From: Acidobacteriota bacterium
Lineage (GTDB): Bacteria; Acidobacteriota; UBA890; WLXD01
Length of the DNA: 64,000 nt
Assembly (NCBI GenBank): GCA_963666055.2
Contig: CAXWPH010000011.1
Coordinates: 160,001-224,000, forward strand
Direction: 5' to 3'
Positions within the stretch are counted from its first letter, which is position 1, and every line of letters begins with the position of its first letter. Shown here piece after piece: positions 28,205 through 44,125 of the stretch. Below the pieces are notes generated by a model, which had not been told where the DNA came from, made no database searches, and worked only from the letters and a program-made list of their open reading frames with translations. The translations under genes and the position numbers were made by a program.

Positions 28205-29644
28205 ATGCCACCGCGCCTAGTGGTGATCGGTGCAGGCATCTCGGGTCTAGCGGCCGCCTTTACTGCAGCCCGAGAAGACCCCGGCCTCGCGGTCACCGTG
28301 CTCGAGAAACAGGATGTCGTCGGCGGCCGTACGCTGTCTATCGAGCAGAACGATTGGCTCGTCGAGGCGGGACCGGGAGGCTACCTGGACACCGACCCCG
28401 CGGTCGTAGCTCTGGTGCGCGCGGCCGGCATGGGCGAGGAGCAGATCAGGGCACATGAGGCGGCGGCACGACGCTTTATCTACCGCGGCGGGCGTCTGCA
28501 CGAGGTCGGTCCCAACCTGAGCAAGCCGCTGCGTAGCGGCTTGCTCAGCCCCAGCGGGGTGCTGCGCGCGCTCTGCGAGCCGTTGGTCCGCAGGCCGAGT
28601 AGCGGCAGCCAGGAAAGCGTGTTCGATTTCTGCAGCCGTCGCTTTGGGCACCAGATCGCGGAGCGTGTCGTGCACACGGCGATGCTCGGGATCTTCGCCG
28701 GTGACGCCCGCCGACTCTCGCTCGACGCCTGCTTCCCGGAGCTGCGCCGTCTCGAGATCGAGCACGGCTCGGTTATCCGGGGTGGCATCGTCCGTCGCTT
28801 CCGCCGCCATCGGGAGACCACGACGTCCGAGAGAACGGATGTGCCCAGTCGCAAGCTGAGCTCCTTCCGTGGCGGCCTGCAGCAGTTACCACGGGCGCTC
28901 GCCGCGGATCCGCGCATCGAAGTCCGCACTGGGACCGAGGTAAGCGGCCTGCAGCGGAAACCGGCCGGCGTGAGCGAGTCGCACGACGGCCACAGCGGCT
29001 ACCTGGTGCAGATGCGCCACGGCGAGGCGCTGGCCGCCGACGCGGTGATCGTGGCCACCCCAATCCAGGCCACCGCACGACTGCTCGCCGATCTGGCGCC
29101 GCAGGCGTCACGCTTGCTTGCCGGCGTTCCGGTGCCTCCAGTCGCCGTCGTCGGCCTTGGCTTCGACCTAGCCGCGGTGAGCTGTTTGCCGCCCGGTTTC
29201 GGTGTGCTGGTGGCGAGGGGAGAGGGTATTCGCATGCTGGGCTGCCTGTGGGAATCGCACATCTATCCTGGTCGTGGCCCGAAGACGGGCTTCTTGGTGC
29301 GGGCAATGTTCGGCGGACGCCTCGATCCGGCAATCGGCGAGTTGCACGAGGAGGAACTGACGACGCTGGCGCGGTCGGAGCTACGCTCCACCCTCGGCAT
29401 CGATGCGCCACCGATCTTCAGCCGCGTCTTCCAGTGGCCCCGTGCGATCCCGCAATACGAGATCGGTCACCCGGCGATCAAGGAGGGTGTCGAGCAAGCC
29501 CTGGACTCGCTCCCAGCGCTGTTCCTTGCCGGTGACGCACTGGAAGGGGTTTCGTTCACCAAGACCACGGCTACCGGCATCCGCCAGGGCTCTCTGGCCG
29601 CCCGCTGGCTTCGTCAAGTTGGCCGACGCTCAGCGTCAGGTTGA
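28205..29644 (+). CDS. hemY: Protoporphyrinogen/coproporphyrinogen oxidase (HemY type)
   Basis: VVIGAGISGL, EAGPGG, GIFAGD, SFRGGLQ, GFGVL and WPRAIPQYEIGH. Confidence 0.9.
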   Translation: MPPRLVVIGAGISGLAAAFTAAREDPGLAVTVLEKQDVVGGRTLSIEQNDWLVEAGPGGYLDTDPAVVALVRAAGMGEEQIRAHEAAARRFIYRGGRLHEVGPNLSKPLRSGLLSPSGVLRALCEPLVRRPSSGSQESVFDFCSRRFGHQIAERVVHTAMLGIFAGDARRLSLDACFPELRRLEIEHGSVIRGGIVRRFRRHRETTTSERTDVPSRKLSSFRGGLQQLPRALAADPRIEVRTGTEVSGLQRKPAGVSESHDGHSGYLVQMRHGEALAADAVIVATPIQATARLLADLAPQASRLLAGVPVPPVAVVGLGFDLAAVSCLPPGFGVLVARGEGIRMLGCLWESHIYPGRGPKTGFLVRAMFGGRLDPAIGELHEEELTTLARSELRSTLGIDAPPIFSRVFQWPRAIPQYEIGHPAIKEGVEQALDSLPALFLAGDALEGVSFTKTTATGIRQGSLAARWLRQVGRRSASG

Positions 29645-29653
29645 CGCGTGCAG

Positions 29654-32386
29654 TTAGCCGCCGCGCAGAACCTCGATGCCATCCAGCCGAGCGGCGCGGC
29701 GCGCCGGGACGATCGTCGACGCCAGGGCTACGAGCCCCAGGCCAAGGACGGCGGCGACAAGAATCATCGGATTGCCGCGATCCATCTCGAAGAGCAACCC
29801 TTCGGCGATCGATGCAGCGGCGAGGGCAACGATCGATCCGGCCACGCCGCCGACTAGCCAGAGCAGAGTGACCCGGCGCAGCACCATCGCCAACACCTTC
29901 CCAGGGGTGGCCCCGAGGGCGATGCGCGTGCTGATCTCGCGCGTCCTGAGCGCCACTGTGTAGGAAACAACGCCGTAGACCCCGACCGCGGCGAGCAGCA
30001 GCGCCACGGCACCGAAAGTGCTCATGAGCAACAGCCCCAAGCGCGGCGATGCGAGCGTCGCATCGACCAACGACGAGAGCGGCCGCACATCGTAAACGGG
30101 GATGCGCGCGTCCACCTCGGCGACGACCGCACCGATCTGCGGCGCCAGCGACAACAGGTCACCGGTGCTGGCCGCGACCAAGATCATCTCCCGCTGGGGA
30201 CTCTGCCAGGCCGAGAAATAGACGTGGCCTGCACCCGGCGTGGCGAGATCGCGGTCGCGCACGTTGCCCACCACCCCGACCACCGTAGCCTCCTGCACGT
30301 CGCCGAGAAATACCCCGAGCTCGATGCGCTCACCCAGCGGCGACCGGCCGGGCCAGGCTCGGCGGGCGACGGCCTCGTCAACGACCACCACGGGCGGGGC
30401 TCCGGGCTCGTCAGTCGCATTGAGCACCCGACCACTGAGCAGCGGAATCCCCATGGTGCGGAAGTAGCCGGGGGAAACCGGGCGCATGTTGCCGCCCAGG
30501 GCGGCGTCGGCAACCGACGGGTCGGGCTCGACGAGATCAAACGACGCCGACCAGACGACACCCGTTAGCGGCAATGCGTAGGTCAACGCCGCCTGTGAAA
30601 CGCTGGGCAAAGCACGCACGCGATCGAAGATGCGGCGATACACCTCGCCGCGCTCCACCCCCCCCGTAACCCTCGACCGGGGTTGCCAGTTTCACCGCCA
30701 GCTTGCCGTCGGCCTCGAAGCCGGTCACCATCGTGGTCAGGCGACGGAAGCTCTCTGCGGTAACGCCGACTCCGAACACCAGCACCACCGCCAGCGCCAC
30801 CTCCATCACCACCAGCCCGGAACGGATGCGAGCGCCGTACGCGCTCCCCCCTGCCCGGCCGGTACTTTCCCGCAGCACCTCGCTCGGCGCTGAAGTCAGC
30901 GCGCTGGCGACCGAGGCCATGCCAAACAACAGCGCCGTGCCCGCACTCACGGCCACGGCAAATAGCACCACCGGCCAGCCTACGGTGAGCTCCCCGAGGG
31001 CGGCGACGTTGGCCGGCGATGACGCGGCGATGGCCCGCGTCACCGCCACAGCACCAGCAACCCCGAGGGCACCGGCGGCGGCGGTCAGCAAGAACGTCTC
31101 GAGCACCACGAGGCGGGCCAGACGCCGGGCACCGGAGCCCAGCGCCCGCCGCAGCGCGAACTCGTGGCGGCGGGACTCGGCGCGCGCCAGCAGCAGGTTC
31201 ATGACGTTCGCGCAGCCGATCAGCAGCACCAGGGTGACCGCCGCCAACAAGACCAGGAGCACCGCGCCAGTATCGCCGACCAGATGTTCTCGCAAGGGGA
31301 TGACGTTCACCCGTTGCCCGACGTTGGCCACTCGATCCGGCGCCTCTTGCTCCAGTTGATCGGTGAGGCCGGCAGCGGCGACAGCCGGCGTGATGCCTTC
31401 GTCGAGCCGGGCGACCGTCTCCAGGAACTCCCAACCGCGTCGCCCCGGTTCATACCACTCCGGGCCCAACGCCAAGGGCACCCATAGCTCGGCGCCGCGG
31501 ATGAGCTCGAATCCCGGCTCGAGGACGCCGACGACCTCGTAGCCGCCACCGTCGAGCACCAGGGTTGTACCAAGCACCCCGGAATCGCCCCCGAACGACT
31601 GGGTCCACATGACGTGAGAGAGAATCACCGCGCCGTCGGCGCCCGGTGCGGCTTCGGCCTCTAGAAAGAGCCGACCCACGGCAGGCGTCGCTCCCGTAAG
31701 CCCAAACAGTCCAACCGAGACCCGGACTCCTTCTACCCGGCGCACCGTACCGCTGTCGTCACTCAGGTGATAACTGCGCCGCTCCCAGACCTCGGTGGCG
31801 TCGACCAGATCGCGCCGGTTCTCGGCATCCTGCCAGGTGAGCGGTGAGATCGGGTTCCTTCCCTCGAGGCTGTTCTCGTAGCCGGTGAATACCTTGACCA
31901 GACGATCGGCGTCCGGATACGGCAGCGGCAGCAGGTAGGCGGCGTGCACCAGGGTGAACATCACCACTGTGGCGCCAACGCCTAGCCCCAGGGTCAGCAG
32001 CGCGGTGATGGTAAACCCCGGCTGGCGGGCGAGTCCGTGCGCGGTTTGGCGGAAGTCCGTTGCCCATCCGTTCCTCCAATCTCGCTCGTGCCCGGCTAAT
32101 CTGATGACTCGGCGACGGTTGAGCTTCGGGACCTGGCGGGAATTTTCGACCGGGGCACCAGGGTCCGATTGTCCGTCCCGCTCCCAGCGTGCCCGAAGTC
32201 GAGCGCGCAGCAAGCCGAAGACCAGCGACAGGCTCTCGCGGACGTACCAGAGCTCACCGGCAAGCTTGCCAACGCCGGGGCGGATGCGCTCCTCCATTCC
32301 TCGTCGAGGTCGCCGACCACCATGTCGCGATCGCTGGCCGGCGAGGCGACCAGGACAAGCGCACGCATCAGCCAGCGAACGGACAT
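29654..32386 (-). CDS. ADOP-type duplicated ABC permease; two single-base frameshifts (~32295 and the G8 run at 30658-30665)
   Basis: GDLDEE N-terminus, LTLGLGVGAT, LLIGCANVMNLLLAR, GVYGVVSY..RTREI and PARRAARLD, spread over three ORF pieces. Confidence 0.88.
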
Positions 32387-32389
32387 GAC

Positions 32390-32716
32390 TCAACCATCCG
32401 ATAGCGCGGTATCGAGGCCTTCCCGCATCTGATCGACGGCGCGGGTGGAGGCTCGAATCGCGCCTAACCCGGAATCGGTGACCGAGAAATAGCGCTTGGC
32501 GCGGCCGCCGCGTACCGGCGTCGGCTCGCCCATCGCGGAGGCCAGACAGCCGCGGCGTTGGAGCCTCGTGATGGTGCTGTAGATGGCTCCCCGGCTCAGC
32601 GCCCGCCCGGTCCGATCCCGAATCTCGTCGCGGATCGAGACCCCATAGGCGCCCTCCCCCAGCCGCAGCGTGGCCAACAGCACCAGTGTCTCCAGCTCAC
32701 CGAACGCAGTAGGCAT
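32390..32716 (-). CDS. PadR-family transcriptional regulator
   Basis: GELETLVLLA, YGVSIRDEI, GAIYSTITRL and PVRGGRAKRYF. Confidence 0.92.
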   Translation of the reverse strand: MPTAFGELETLVLLATLRLGEGAYGVSIRDEIRDRTGRALSRGAIYSTITRLQRRGCLASAMGEPTPVRGGRAKRYFSVTDSGLGAIRASTRAVDQMREGLDTALSDG

Positions 32717-32846
32717 ATTGTGTTGTCTCGTCGGTTATTTAGTCGGTGTAGCAGACTATATTGGCGACGGGGCGCTTTGTCGAGATCCGGCAACGCCCGC
32801 CCTGTCGCTGCAGCACCGCTGAGGATCAAAATCCTCGACTCTCCTT

Positions 32847-32885
32847 GACACTCGACAAGAGCCCGGGTCACTCTTGTCGAGTGTC
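32847..32885. promoter_or_regulatory. 15-bp perfect inverted repeat in the divergent padR promoter region
   Basis: GACACTCGACAAGAG-N9-CTCTTGTCGAGTGTC, overlapping TTGACA at 32845-32850. Confidence 0.6.
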
Positions 32886-32969
32886 TAGAGGAACGGGCGC
32901 GAATGAGCGTCAAGGTGCTGGACGCGATGACCATCGATTTCCCGTAGACGAACTGCGCGAGAAGAGCCG

Positions 32970-33302
32970 ATGACCAAGGCCAACGTCGACCTGCTCCAGG
33001 GCACCCTGGACATGCTTATCCTCAAGACCCTGCAACTCGCCCCGCAACATGGTTGGGGCGTCTCGCAGCGTATCCAGCAGATGTCCAGGAACGTTCTGCA
33101 AGTCAACCAAGGCTCGCTCTATCCGGCCCTGCATCGACTGCAACGGCACGGCTACATCGGTGCGGAGTGGGGCACCTCGGAGAACAACCGCCGCGCCAAA
33201 TACTACCGACTCACCACCAAGGGAAAGGAGCAGCTGGCGGACGAAGCGCGTAACTGGGATCGGCTCTCGCGAGCGGTGAGCGCGATCCTACAAACGGTAT
33301 AG
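32970..33302 (+). CDS. PadR-family regulator (acidobacterial type)
   Basis: DLLQGTLDMLILKTL, QGSLYPALHRL and WGTSENNRRAKYY. Confidence 0.95.
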   Translation: MTKANVDLLQGTLDMLILKTLQLAPQHGWGVSQRIQQMSRNVLQVNQGSLYPALHRLQRHGYIGAEWGTSENNRRAKYYRLTTKGKEQLADEARNWDRLSRAVSAILQTV

Positions 33303-33311
33303 AGGCTACGG

Positions 33312-35969
33312 ATGGGCAAGAGAGCTTGGGGAGGCCTGCTGGCGCGATTGCGCAGCGACGGGCGGCCGGCGGAAGATCGCGTGCTCGACGACGAGCTGTC
33401 GTTCCACCTCGAGATGGAAGCCGACAAGTACCGACACCAGGGCCTGGGCGACGAGGAAGCCAGGCGGAGGGCTCGCATGAGCTTCGGCGCCACGCAGCGC
33501 TTCAAGGAAGAGTGCCGCGACGAGCGCAAGGGGAACCACTTCGACATGCTGATACAAGATATCCGCTACGCCCTTCGGACGCTCGGCAAGAGCTGGGGAT
33601 TCACCGCCACGGCGGTGCTGACACTAGCGCTTGGCATCGGCGCCAACACCGCCATCTTCAGCATCATCTACGGGGTACTGCTTCGGCCTCTGCCCTACGA
33701 GCACGGCAACCGGCTGGTGTTGCTGCAGCAGTCCGCCCCCGGCGCACGTATCGCCAACGTCCAAGCCTCTATCCCGGAGCTCTACGACTACCGTGAGCAA
33801 GCCACCAGCTTCGAGGAGTTAGTCGAGTACCACACGATGTTCTTCGTGCTGCTCGGCAAGGATGAGCCGCAACGGATCCAGGCCGGGGTCGTGTCGGACA
33901 ATTTCTTCGACACGCTCGGGGTGGCCCCTTTGCTGGGACGGACGTTCGTGGAAGGTGAGGACGACCTCGACTCCGAGGCGGTGCTGGTTCTGAGCTACGA
34001 CTACTGGCGCAACGCCCACGGTGCAGATCCTGACGTCGTCGGGCAGGTATACGAGGTCAACACGCGTCCGCACACCGTAGTAGGCGTGCTACCGCCGATT
34101 CCTCAGTTCCCCAACGCAGTCGACGTGTACATGCCAACCTCTGCCTGCCCGTTCCGCGCCAACGCGGAGCGCAACATGGCGGGCAACCGCAACGCCTTCC
34201 GCAACCTGTTCGTCTTCGGCCGGCTGCAGGACGGTGCCACGGTTGACAGCGCCAGCGCCGAGATCGCCGGCGTGGCTTCGCGCTTCGAAGCGGACTTCCC
34301 CGACGCCTACCCGGCCAAGATGAACCTTACAGCGGGGGTCGTCGACCTCAAACAGGAGCTCACCCGGAACGCCCGGCCGGTGCTGTTCATGTTGCTGGCC
34401 ACCGCCGGGCTGGTGCTGCTGATCGCCTGCGCCAACGTAGCCAACCTGAGCTTGGCCCGCGTGATGCGTCGAGAACAGGAAGTAGCGGTGCGTGCGGCAC
34501 TCGGCGCCAGCCGCATTCGCCTGATGCGCCAGCTGTTCACCGAGAGCGCGGTCCTGGCGATAATCGGTGGCGCGGTTGGCTTGGTGTTTGCCTATGTCGG
34601 ACTCGATATGCTCGTCGAGTTCGCCGGGCGGTACACGCCGCGCGCCGCGACGGTAACCATCGACGGTTGGGTGCTGGCATTCACGTTGCTGATCTCGCTC
34701 GGCACCGGCATCGCCTTCGGCACCTTCCCGGCGTTCCCCGGCACGCGCGACCTCGGCGGCGCCATCAAGGACGGCGCCCGCTCCACCGCCGCCGGTGGGC
34801 TGCGGCTGCGCCGTGCGCTGATCGCCGCGCAGGTCGCCTTGGCGTTCATTCTGCTGATCGGTGCGGGCCTGACGCTGCGCAGCCTCCTGCGACTGCAAGC
34901 CATCGACCCGGGTTTCGACACCGAGCACGTGCTGACCGCACGGGTCTCATTGGACTTCACGGCGTTCAACGGCATGACGGAGATGCACGACTACCTGCAA
35001 GAACTGGTCGTTGCGATCGGTGACAGTCCCTTGGTGCGAACCGCGGCGCTGACGCAGAAGCCGCCGTACCGGCAGACGAATCCGAACCTGGCTGACTTCG
35101 TCATCGAAGGACGCGCCGTTGAGGAGACCCAGACGCGACCCCAGCTGGACCTCAACGTCGTCACGCACGAGTACTTCGAGGTCCTCGGGATTCCGTTGCT
35201 CAGCGGTCGCTTGCTGGATAGCCGCGACGAGCCCAACGCCGCCCCTGTCGCGGTAATCAACCAGACACTCGCCCGGCTGTACTGGCCCGAGGAGGAGCCG
35301 ATCGGTGCACGCGTCACCTTCGACGACGGCGACACCTGGATCACCATCGTAGGCGTGGCGGGCGATACACGACTCTATGGTCCGGAGACATCTGTCACGG
35401 CGGAGTTCTACCGTCCCTTCGGTCAGGCCGGCATGCCGACTTGGCTCATGATACGAACGGTGGGCGATCCGGCAAGCGCTGGCCAGAGCGTCAAGGACGC
35501 TGCCTATGCCCTCGGCGCCAACCCGATCAGCGACCTACAGCCGATGGCCGCGCTGCGTGCCGACGCAGTAGCATCGCCGCGACTGACCGCCTCCCTATTG
35601 GGTATCTTCGCCGTCCTGGCGCTCATCGTCACGGTAACCGGTATCGCCGGCGTCATGGCGTTCTCGATCACGCAGCGAACCCGCGAGCTGGGCCTACGGA
35701 TGGCACTAGGTGCGCAGCCTCAGCGCATTTTGGCGATGGTAGTTCGTCAGGGCATGGTGCAGGTGATCATCGGGCTAGCGGTCGGACTCGCCGGCGCGAT
35801 CGCCTTCGGTCGCGTCCTCAGAGGGCTGTTGTTCGAGGTTCAGCCGAGCGATCCGATTACCTTCACGGCCGCGCTGTTGGCGCTCGCCGCCGCCGCACTG
35901 ATCGCCATCGTGATACCGGCTCGCCGAGCGGTAGCGGTCGACCCGGCCATCGCCCTTCGGCAAGGCTGA
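33312..35969 (+). CDS. ADOP-type duplicated ABC permease
   Basis: LDDELSFHLEM prefix, QDIRYALR, LGIGANTAIFS, LLIACANVANL and RTRELGLRMALGA. Confidence 0.93.
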   Translation: MGKRAWGGLLARLRSDGRPAEDRVLDDELSFHLEMEADKYRHQGLGDEEARRRARMSFGATQRFKEECRDERKGNHFDMLIQDIRYALRTLGKSWGFTATAVLTLALGIGANTAIFSIIYGVLLRPLPYEHGNRLVLLQQSAPGARIANVQASIPELYDYREQATSFEELVEYHTMFFVLLGKDEPQRIQAGVVSDNFFDTLGVAPLLGRTFVEGEDDLDSEAVLVLSYDYWRNAHGADPDVVGQVYEVNTRPHTVVGVLPPIPQFPNAVDVYMPTSACPFRANAERNMAGNRNAFRNLFVFGRLQDGATVDSASAEIAGVASRFEADFPDAYPAKMNLTAGVVDLKQELTRNARPVLFMLLATAGLVLLIACANVANLSLARVMRREQEVAVRAALGASRIRLMRQLFTESAVLAIIGGAVGLVFAYVGLDMLVEFAGRYTPRAATVTIDGWVLAFTLLISLGTGIAFGTFPAFPGTRDLGGAIKDGARSTAAGGLRLRRALIAAQVALAFILLIGAGLTLRSLLRLQAIDPGFDTEHVLTARVSLDFTAFNGMTEMHDYLQELVVAIGDSPLVRTAALTQKPPYRQTNPNLADFVIEGRAVEETQTRPQLDLNVVTHEYFEVLGIPLLSGRLLDSRDEPNAAPVAVINQTLARLYWPEEEPIGARVTFDDGDTWITIVGVAGDTRLYGPETSVTAEFYRPFGQAGMPTWLMIRTVGDPASAGQSVKDAAYALGANPISDLQPMAALRADAVASPRLTASLLGIFAVLALIVTVTGIAGVMAFSITQRTRELGLRMALGAQPQRILAMVVRQGMVQVIIGLAVGLAGAIAFGRVLRGLLFEVQPSDPITFTAALLALAAAALIAIVIPARRAVAVDPAIALRQG

Positions 35970-36667
35970 TGGATGTTCCGCGGCGGCGGTCCCCGGGTCG
36001 GGGACGCGCCGTCGTTGTCGGTCTTCTGGCCGTCGCGGTCATCGCCGGGTACGGACCGCTCAAGCGAGCCGGCGTCGACCTCTTAGAACTGGCGGGGCGC
36101 ACCGGAGCCGCCTGGCTACAGGCAACGCCGGAGCCGTCGAGCGGCCAGACGACGCTCGCCGCCGCGCCCTTCACGCTCGCTTTCAGTGTCGGTGGGAACT
36201 TGAAGTTTCCAGACACGTACCGGGAGTGGGTGTTCGTGGGCTCTGCCACCGGCCTGGCCTATGGCGAGCCCTCGGCAACACGTCGGCGCGGTGATCGTCA
36301 CGGCCAGGATCACCCTGGCATGTTTACCCAGGTTTACCTCGAGCCTGGCGCGTACCATCACTTCCGACAAACGGGGCAGTTCAAGGAAGGCACCGCCTTC
36401 GCCCTCGAGATGCGCCAGCCGACGACCGGCGTCTCGATAGCCCGCGACGGCTGGTTCGCCGGAGACCTTCAGGGCATCCACGCCGCCATCAAGGACACCG
36501 AGCGTTTCGGGGGTTGGGCCTACTTCAACGTCGACACGTCCGGCGTCGCCCGTCGCGTACGTACCCCAGCCTGCGGCGCGTGCCACGCGGAACACGGCGC
36601 GCTCGACAACGTCTTCGTGCAGTTCTACCCACCGCTGACCGAGGCGGCGAGCTCAAGCGGCCACTGA
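35969..36667 (+). CDS. Cytochrome P460 / c'-beta family protein
   Basis: [23 protein letters not shown] and C-terminal [14 protein letters not shown]. Confidence 0.8.
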   Translation: MDVPRRRSPGRGRAVVVGLLAVAVIAGYGPLKRAGVDLLELAGRTGAAWLQATPEPSSGQTTLAAAPFTLAFSVGGNLKFPDTYREWVFVGSATGLAYGEPSATRRRGDRHGQDHPGMFTQVYLEPGAYHHFRQTGQFKEGTAFALEMRQPTTGVSIARDGWFAGDLQGIHAAIKDTERFGGWAYFNVDTSGVARRVRTPACGACHAEHGALDNVFVQFYPPLTEAASSSGH

Positions 36668-36777
36668 GCTCGTTTTACCACCCTGCACGAGCCTGCTACG
36701 ATGATCATCGGCGCACGGCTCGGTACCGCCCGCCTCCGAGAGCCGCTCGGCGCCCCTTCCGCTTCCGCTTGCCCACG

Positions 36778-41855
<5,078 letters not shown>

Positions 41856-41858
<3 letters not shown>

Positions 41859-41911
41859 CAGGCCGAAATCTGCGAGCTTATGCGGCTCGCAACACCTCCA
41901 CCTCGGCCTGC
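41856..41911. repeat. Degenerate miniature MITE relative between convergent genes
   Basis: TAGCAGGCCGA...TCCACCTCGGCCTGC, with inner hairpin TGCGAGC-N7-GCTCGCA; right end matches the 56308 variant. Confidence 0.55.
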
Positions 41912-41915
41912 ACAG

Positions 41916-42365
41916 CTAGGCGCCGGAGACGGCTTCGTCGACGCCGATGATGCGCACGTCGGAGCGGTCCGGGTGATGATCAACCTCGACGATGATCGAC
42001 GATCCCAGATCCCATCCGGCCTCCTCGAGACGCTCGGCCCACTCGATCACCACCACGCACCCCCGACCGTAGAGGTCCTCTAGGCCCAGGTCTGGGAGGT
42101 CGGCTGTGCTCAGCCGGTATAGATCGACATGGTAGAGCGTTCGCCGCCCGGTGTACTCGTTGATGAGCGCATACGACGGGCTCGACACCTGGCCGGGATC
42201 GAGCCCTAGCCCGGCCGCGATGCCGCGCACCAGCTGCGTCTTACCGGCGCCAAGCGGGCCAAAGATCAGGATCACCTCGCCACCGCGGAGCCGGCGACCG
42301 AGGCCGGCACCGACATGCTCGGTCTCCTCGGCGCTATGGGTCACGTAGTCGCGTGTGCGGCTCAA
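41916..42365 (-). CDS. tsaE: tRNA threonylcarbamoyladenosine biosynthesis ATPase
   Basis: GPLGAGKT, VSSPSY, YHVDLYRL and VIEWAE. Confidence 0.95.
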   Translation of the reverse strand: MSRTRDYVTHSAEETEHVGAGLGRRLRGGEVILIFGPLGAGKTQLVRGIAAGLGLDPGQVSSPSYALINEYTGRRTLYHVDLYRLSTADLPDLGLEDLYGRGCVVVIEWAERLEEAGWDLGSSIIVEVDHHPDRSDVRIIGVDEAVSGA

Positions 42366-43927
42366 GGCTCCGCCCCCTCGGCGACGCGCCGGAAAGCGCC
42401 AGGGATCTCGTCGACGAGATCCGAAGCCAGGCAGCCCGTCTGCCCGAGGCGTTGTGCTGCGAGATCGCCCGCCAGCCCGTGCAGCCAGGCCCCGGTCCAG
42501 GCGGCCGCCCCCGGGCGCAACCCCTGCGCGATGAGAGCGGCGATCAGGCCAGTCAACACATCGCCCGTTCCGCCGGTAGCCATCCCCGGATTGCCGCTCA
42601 GGTTGACGACCGGCGCCTGCTCCGGCTCAACGGTGAGAGAGCAGTGCCCTTTCAACAACACTACCGCCCCGGACGTCTCGGTAAGCTCCCGTACGGCGCC
42701 GACTCGATCCGACTGTACGGCGGCGACCTCGACACCCAGCAGCCGCGCTGCCTCGCCAGGATGCGGAGTGAGCACACGCGGCCCGGCCGCTTCTGTCAAC
42801 TCTTCGAGGACACCGACGAGCGCGTTGAGGCCATCGGCGTCGATCACCATGGGGCGGGCACACTCCGTCGCCAGCTGCCGTACCAACGCGACCGTTTCGG
42901 TAGCGGTGCCGATGCCCGGCCCGATCGCCACGGCGTCAGCTGCCTCGGCACGCTCGAGCGCCGCCAGCACGGCGTCTGCACCGAGGCCACCGCTGGCTCC
43001 GGCCGGGGCGACGTGCACAAGCGCCTCCGTAAGCTGGCAGGCAATAGGTAAATAGGCGGTCTCGGGGCACAGCACGTGCACCAGACCTCCCCCACCCCGC
43101 AGCGCACCGCGCGCCGCCAGCACCGCGGCGCCGGCGGTACCCGGAGCCCCACCGATGACAAGTACGCGGCCATAATCCCCCTTGTGGCTGTCGGACCAGC
43201 GGGGCGGCAATCCCGCCGCACAGTCCTCCCGAGTCGGTCGCCACAGTGCGGCCGGCGCCGCTTCGATGACCGCAGTGGGGAGGCCGATGTCCACGACCAC
43301 CACCTCGCCACACGTCTCGCTCGCCGGTGCCAAGAGGTGGCAGACCTTCGGTGCGCCCAGAGCAACCGTCAAGGCCGCCTCCACGACAGCGCCCTGAATA
43401 GCGCCCGTATCGGCCGACAGCCCGCTCGGCAGATCCACCGCAACAACCGGAACATCCGATGCGTTGATGCTCTCGATAGCGGCCGCGATGGCGCCCCGAG
43501 GCGCGCTTTCGAGCCCCGTTCCCAGCAGCGCATCGACGATGCAGTCGAACTCCGCCAGGTCGTCCGCCAACGGACCCCATGCCTCCTCGTTGTGTACTTC
43601 TACCACCGGCACGCCGAGGGTCACCGCAATTCGATGGTTGGTGGCGGCGCCATCACGCAGCACCGATCCCTCTCCGAACAGGTACGCCACCACCTCGCCG
43701 CCCATGTTGTGGAGGTGGCGCGCCACCACGAAGCCGTCGCCACCGTTGTTGCCGCGCCCGCACAAGAGCGCGATGCTCGCCGGAGGCTGTTCGCCGAAGT
43801 GGCTCGTCAGTGCCTCGACCACCTGCAACCCGGCGTTCTCCATCAGCACCTCACCTGCGATGCCGTAATCGTCGATCGCAGCGCGATCGCACGCTTGCAT
43901 GGTGGCCCGGTCCAGAACCTTGATCAT
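42362..43927 (-). CDS. nnr: Bifunctional NAD(P)H-hydrate epimerase/dehydratase
   Basis: LMENAG, GRGNNGGDG, DLPSG, SHKGDYG, IDADGLN, LTPHPGE and MATGGTGDVL. Confidence 0.95.
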   Translation of the reverse strand: MIKVLDRATMQACDRAAIDDYGIAGEVLMENAGLQVVEALTSHFGEQPPASIALLCGRGNNGGDGFVVARHLHNMGGEVVAYLFGEGSVLRDGAATNHRIAVTLGVPVVEVHNEEAWGPLADDLAEFDCIVDALLGTGLESAPRGAIAAAIESINASDVPVVAVDLPSGLSADTGAIQGAVVEAALTVALGAPKVCHLLAPASETCGEVVVVDIGLPTAVIEAAPAALWRPTREDCAAGLPPRWSDSHKGDYGRVLVIGGAPGTAGAAVLAARGALRGGGGLVHVLCPETAYLPIACQLTEALVHVAPAGASGGLGADAVLAALERAEAADAVAIGPGIGTATETVALVRQLATECARPMVIDADGLNALVGVLEELTEAAGPRVLTPHPGEAARLLGVEVAAVQSDRVGAVRELTETSGAVVLLKGHCSLTVEPEQAPVVNLSGNPGMATGGTGDVLTGLIAALIAQGLRPGAAAWTGAWLHGLAGDLAAQRLGQTGCLASDLVDEIPGAFRRVAEGAEP

Positions 43928-44125
43928 GACAATGGCACGCGAGTGGCTGGTTTGATGCAGGATGCGCGAGGTAGAGAATCACCCGTATGCCCAAGTATCT
44001 CAGGGCGCGGCTGTTCTTGTCGGTACAGGGAAGGGCGGAAGGAGCGCCGGGGCGCCGTAAGAGTGCTTCACCGCATAAACTCGTTCGCGTACATAAGAGC
44101 TAACTCTCGAACCCAGGGGTCAATC

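Noticed and set aside
43076-44125. 350-aa N-terminal fusion on chorismate synthase
   Set aside because: It is largely the antisense shadow of nnr; AroC homology starts at about 44126.
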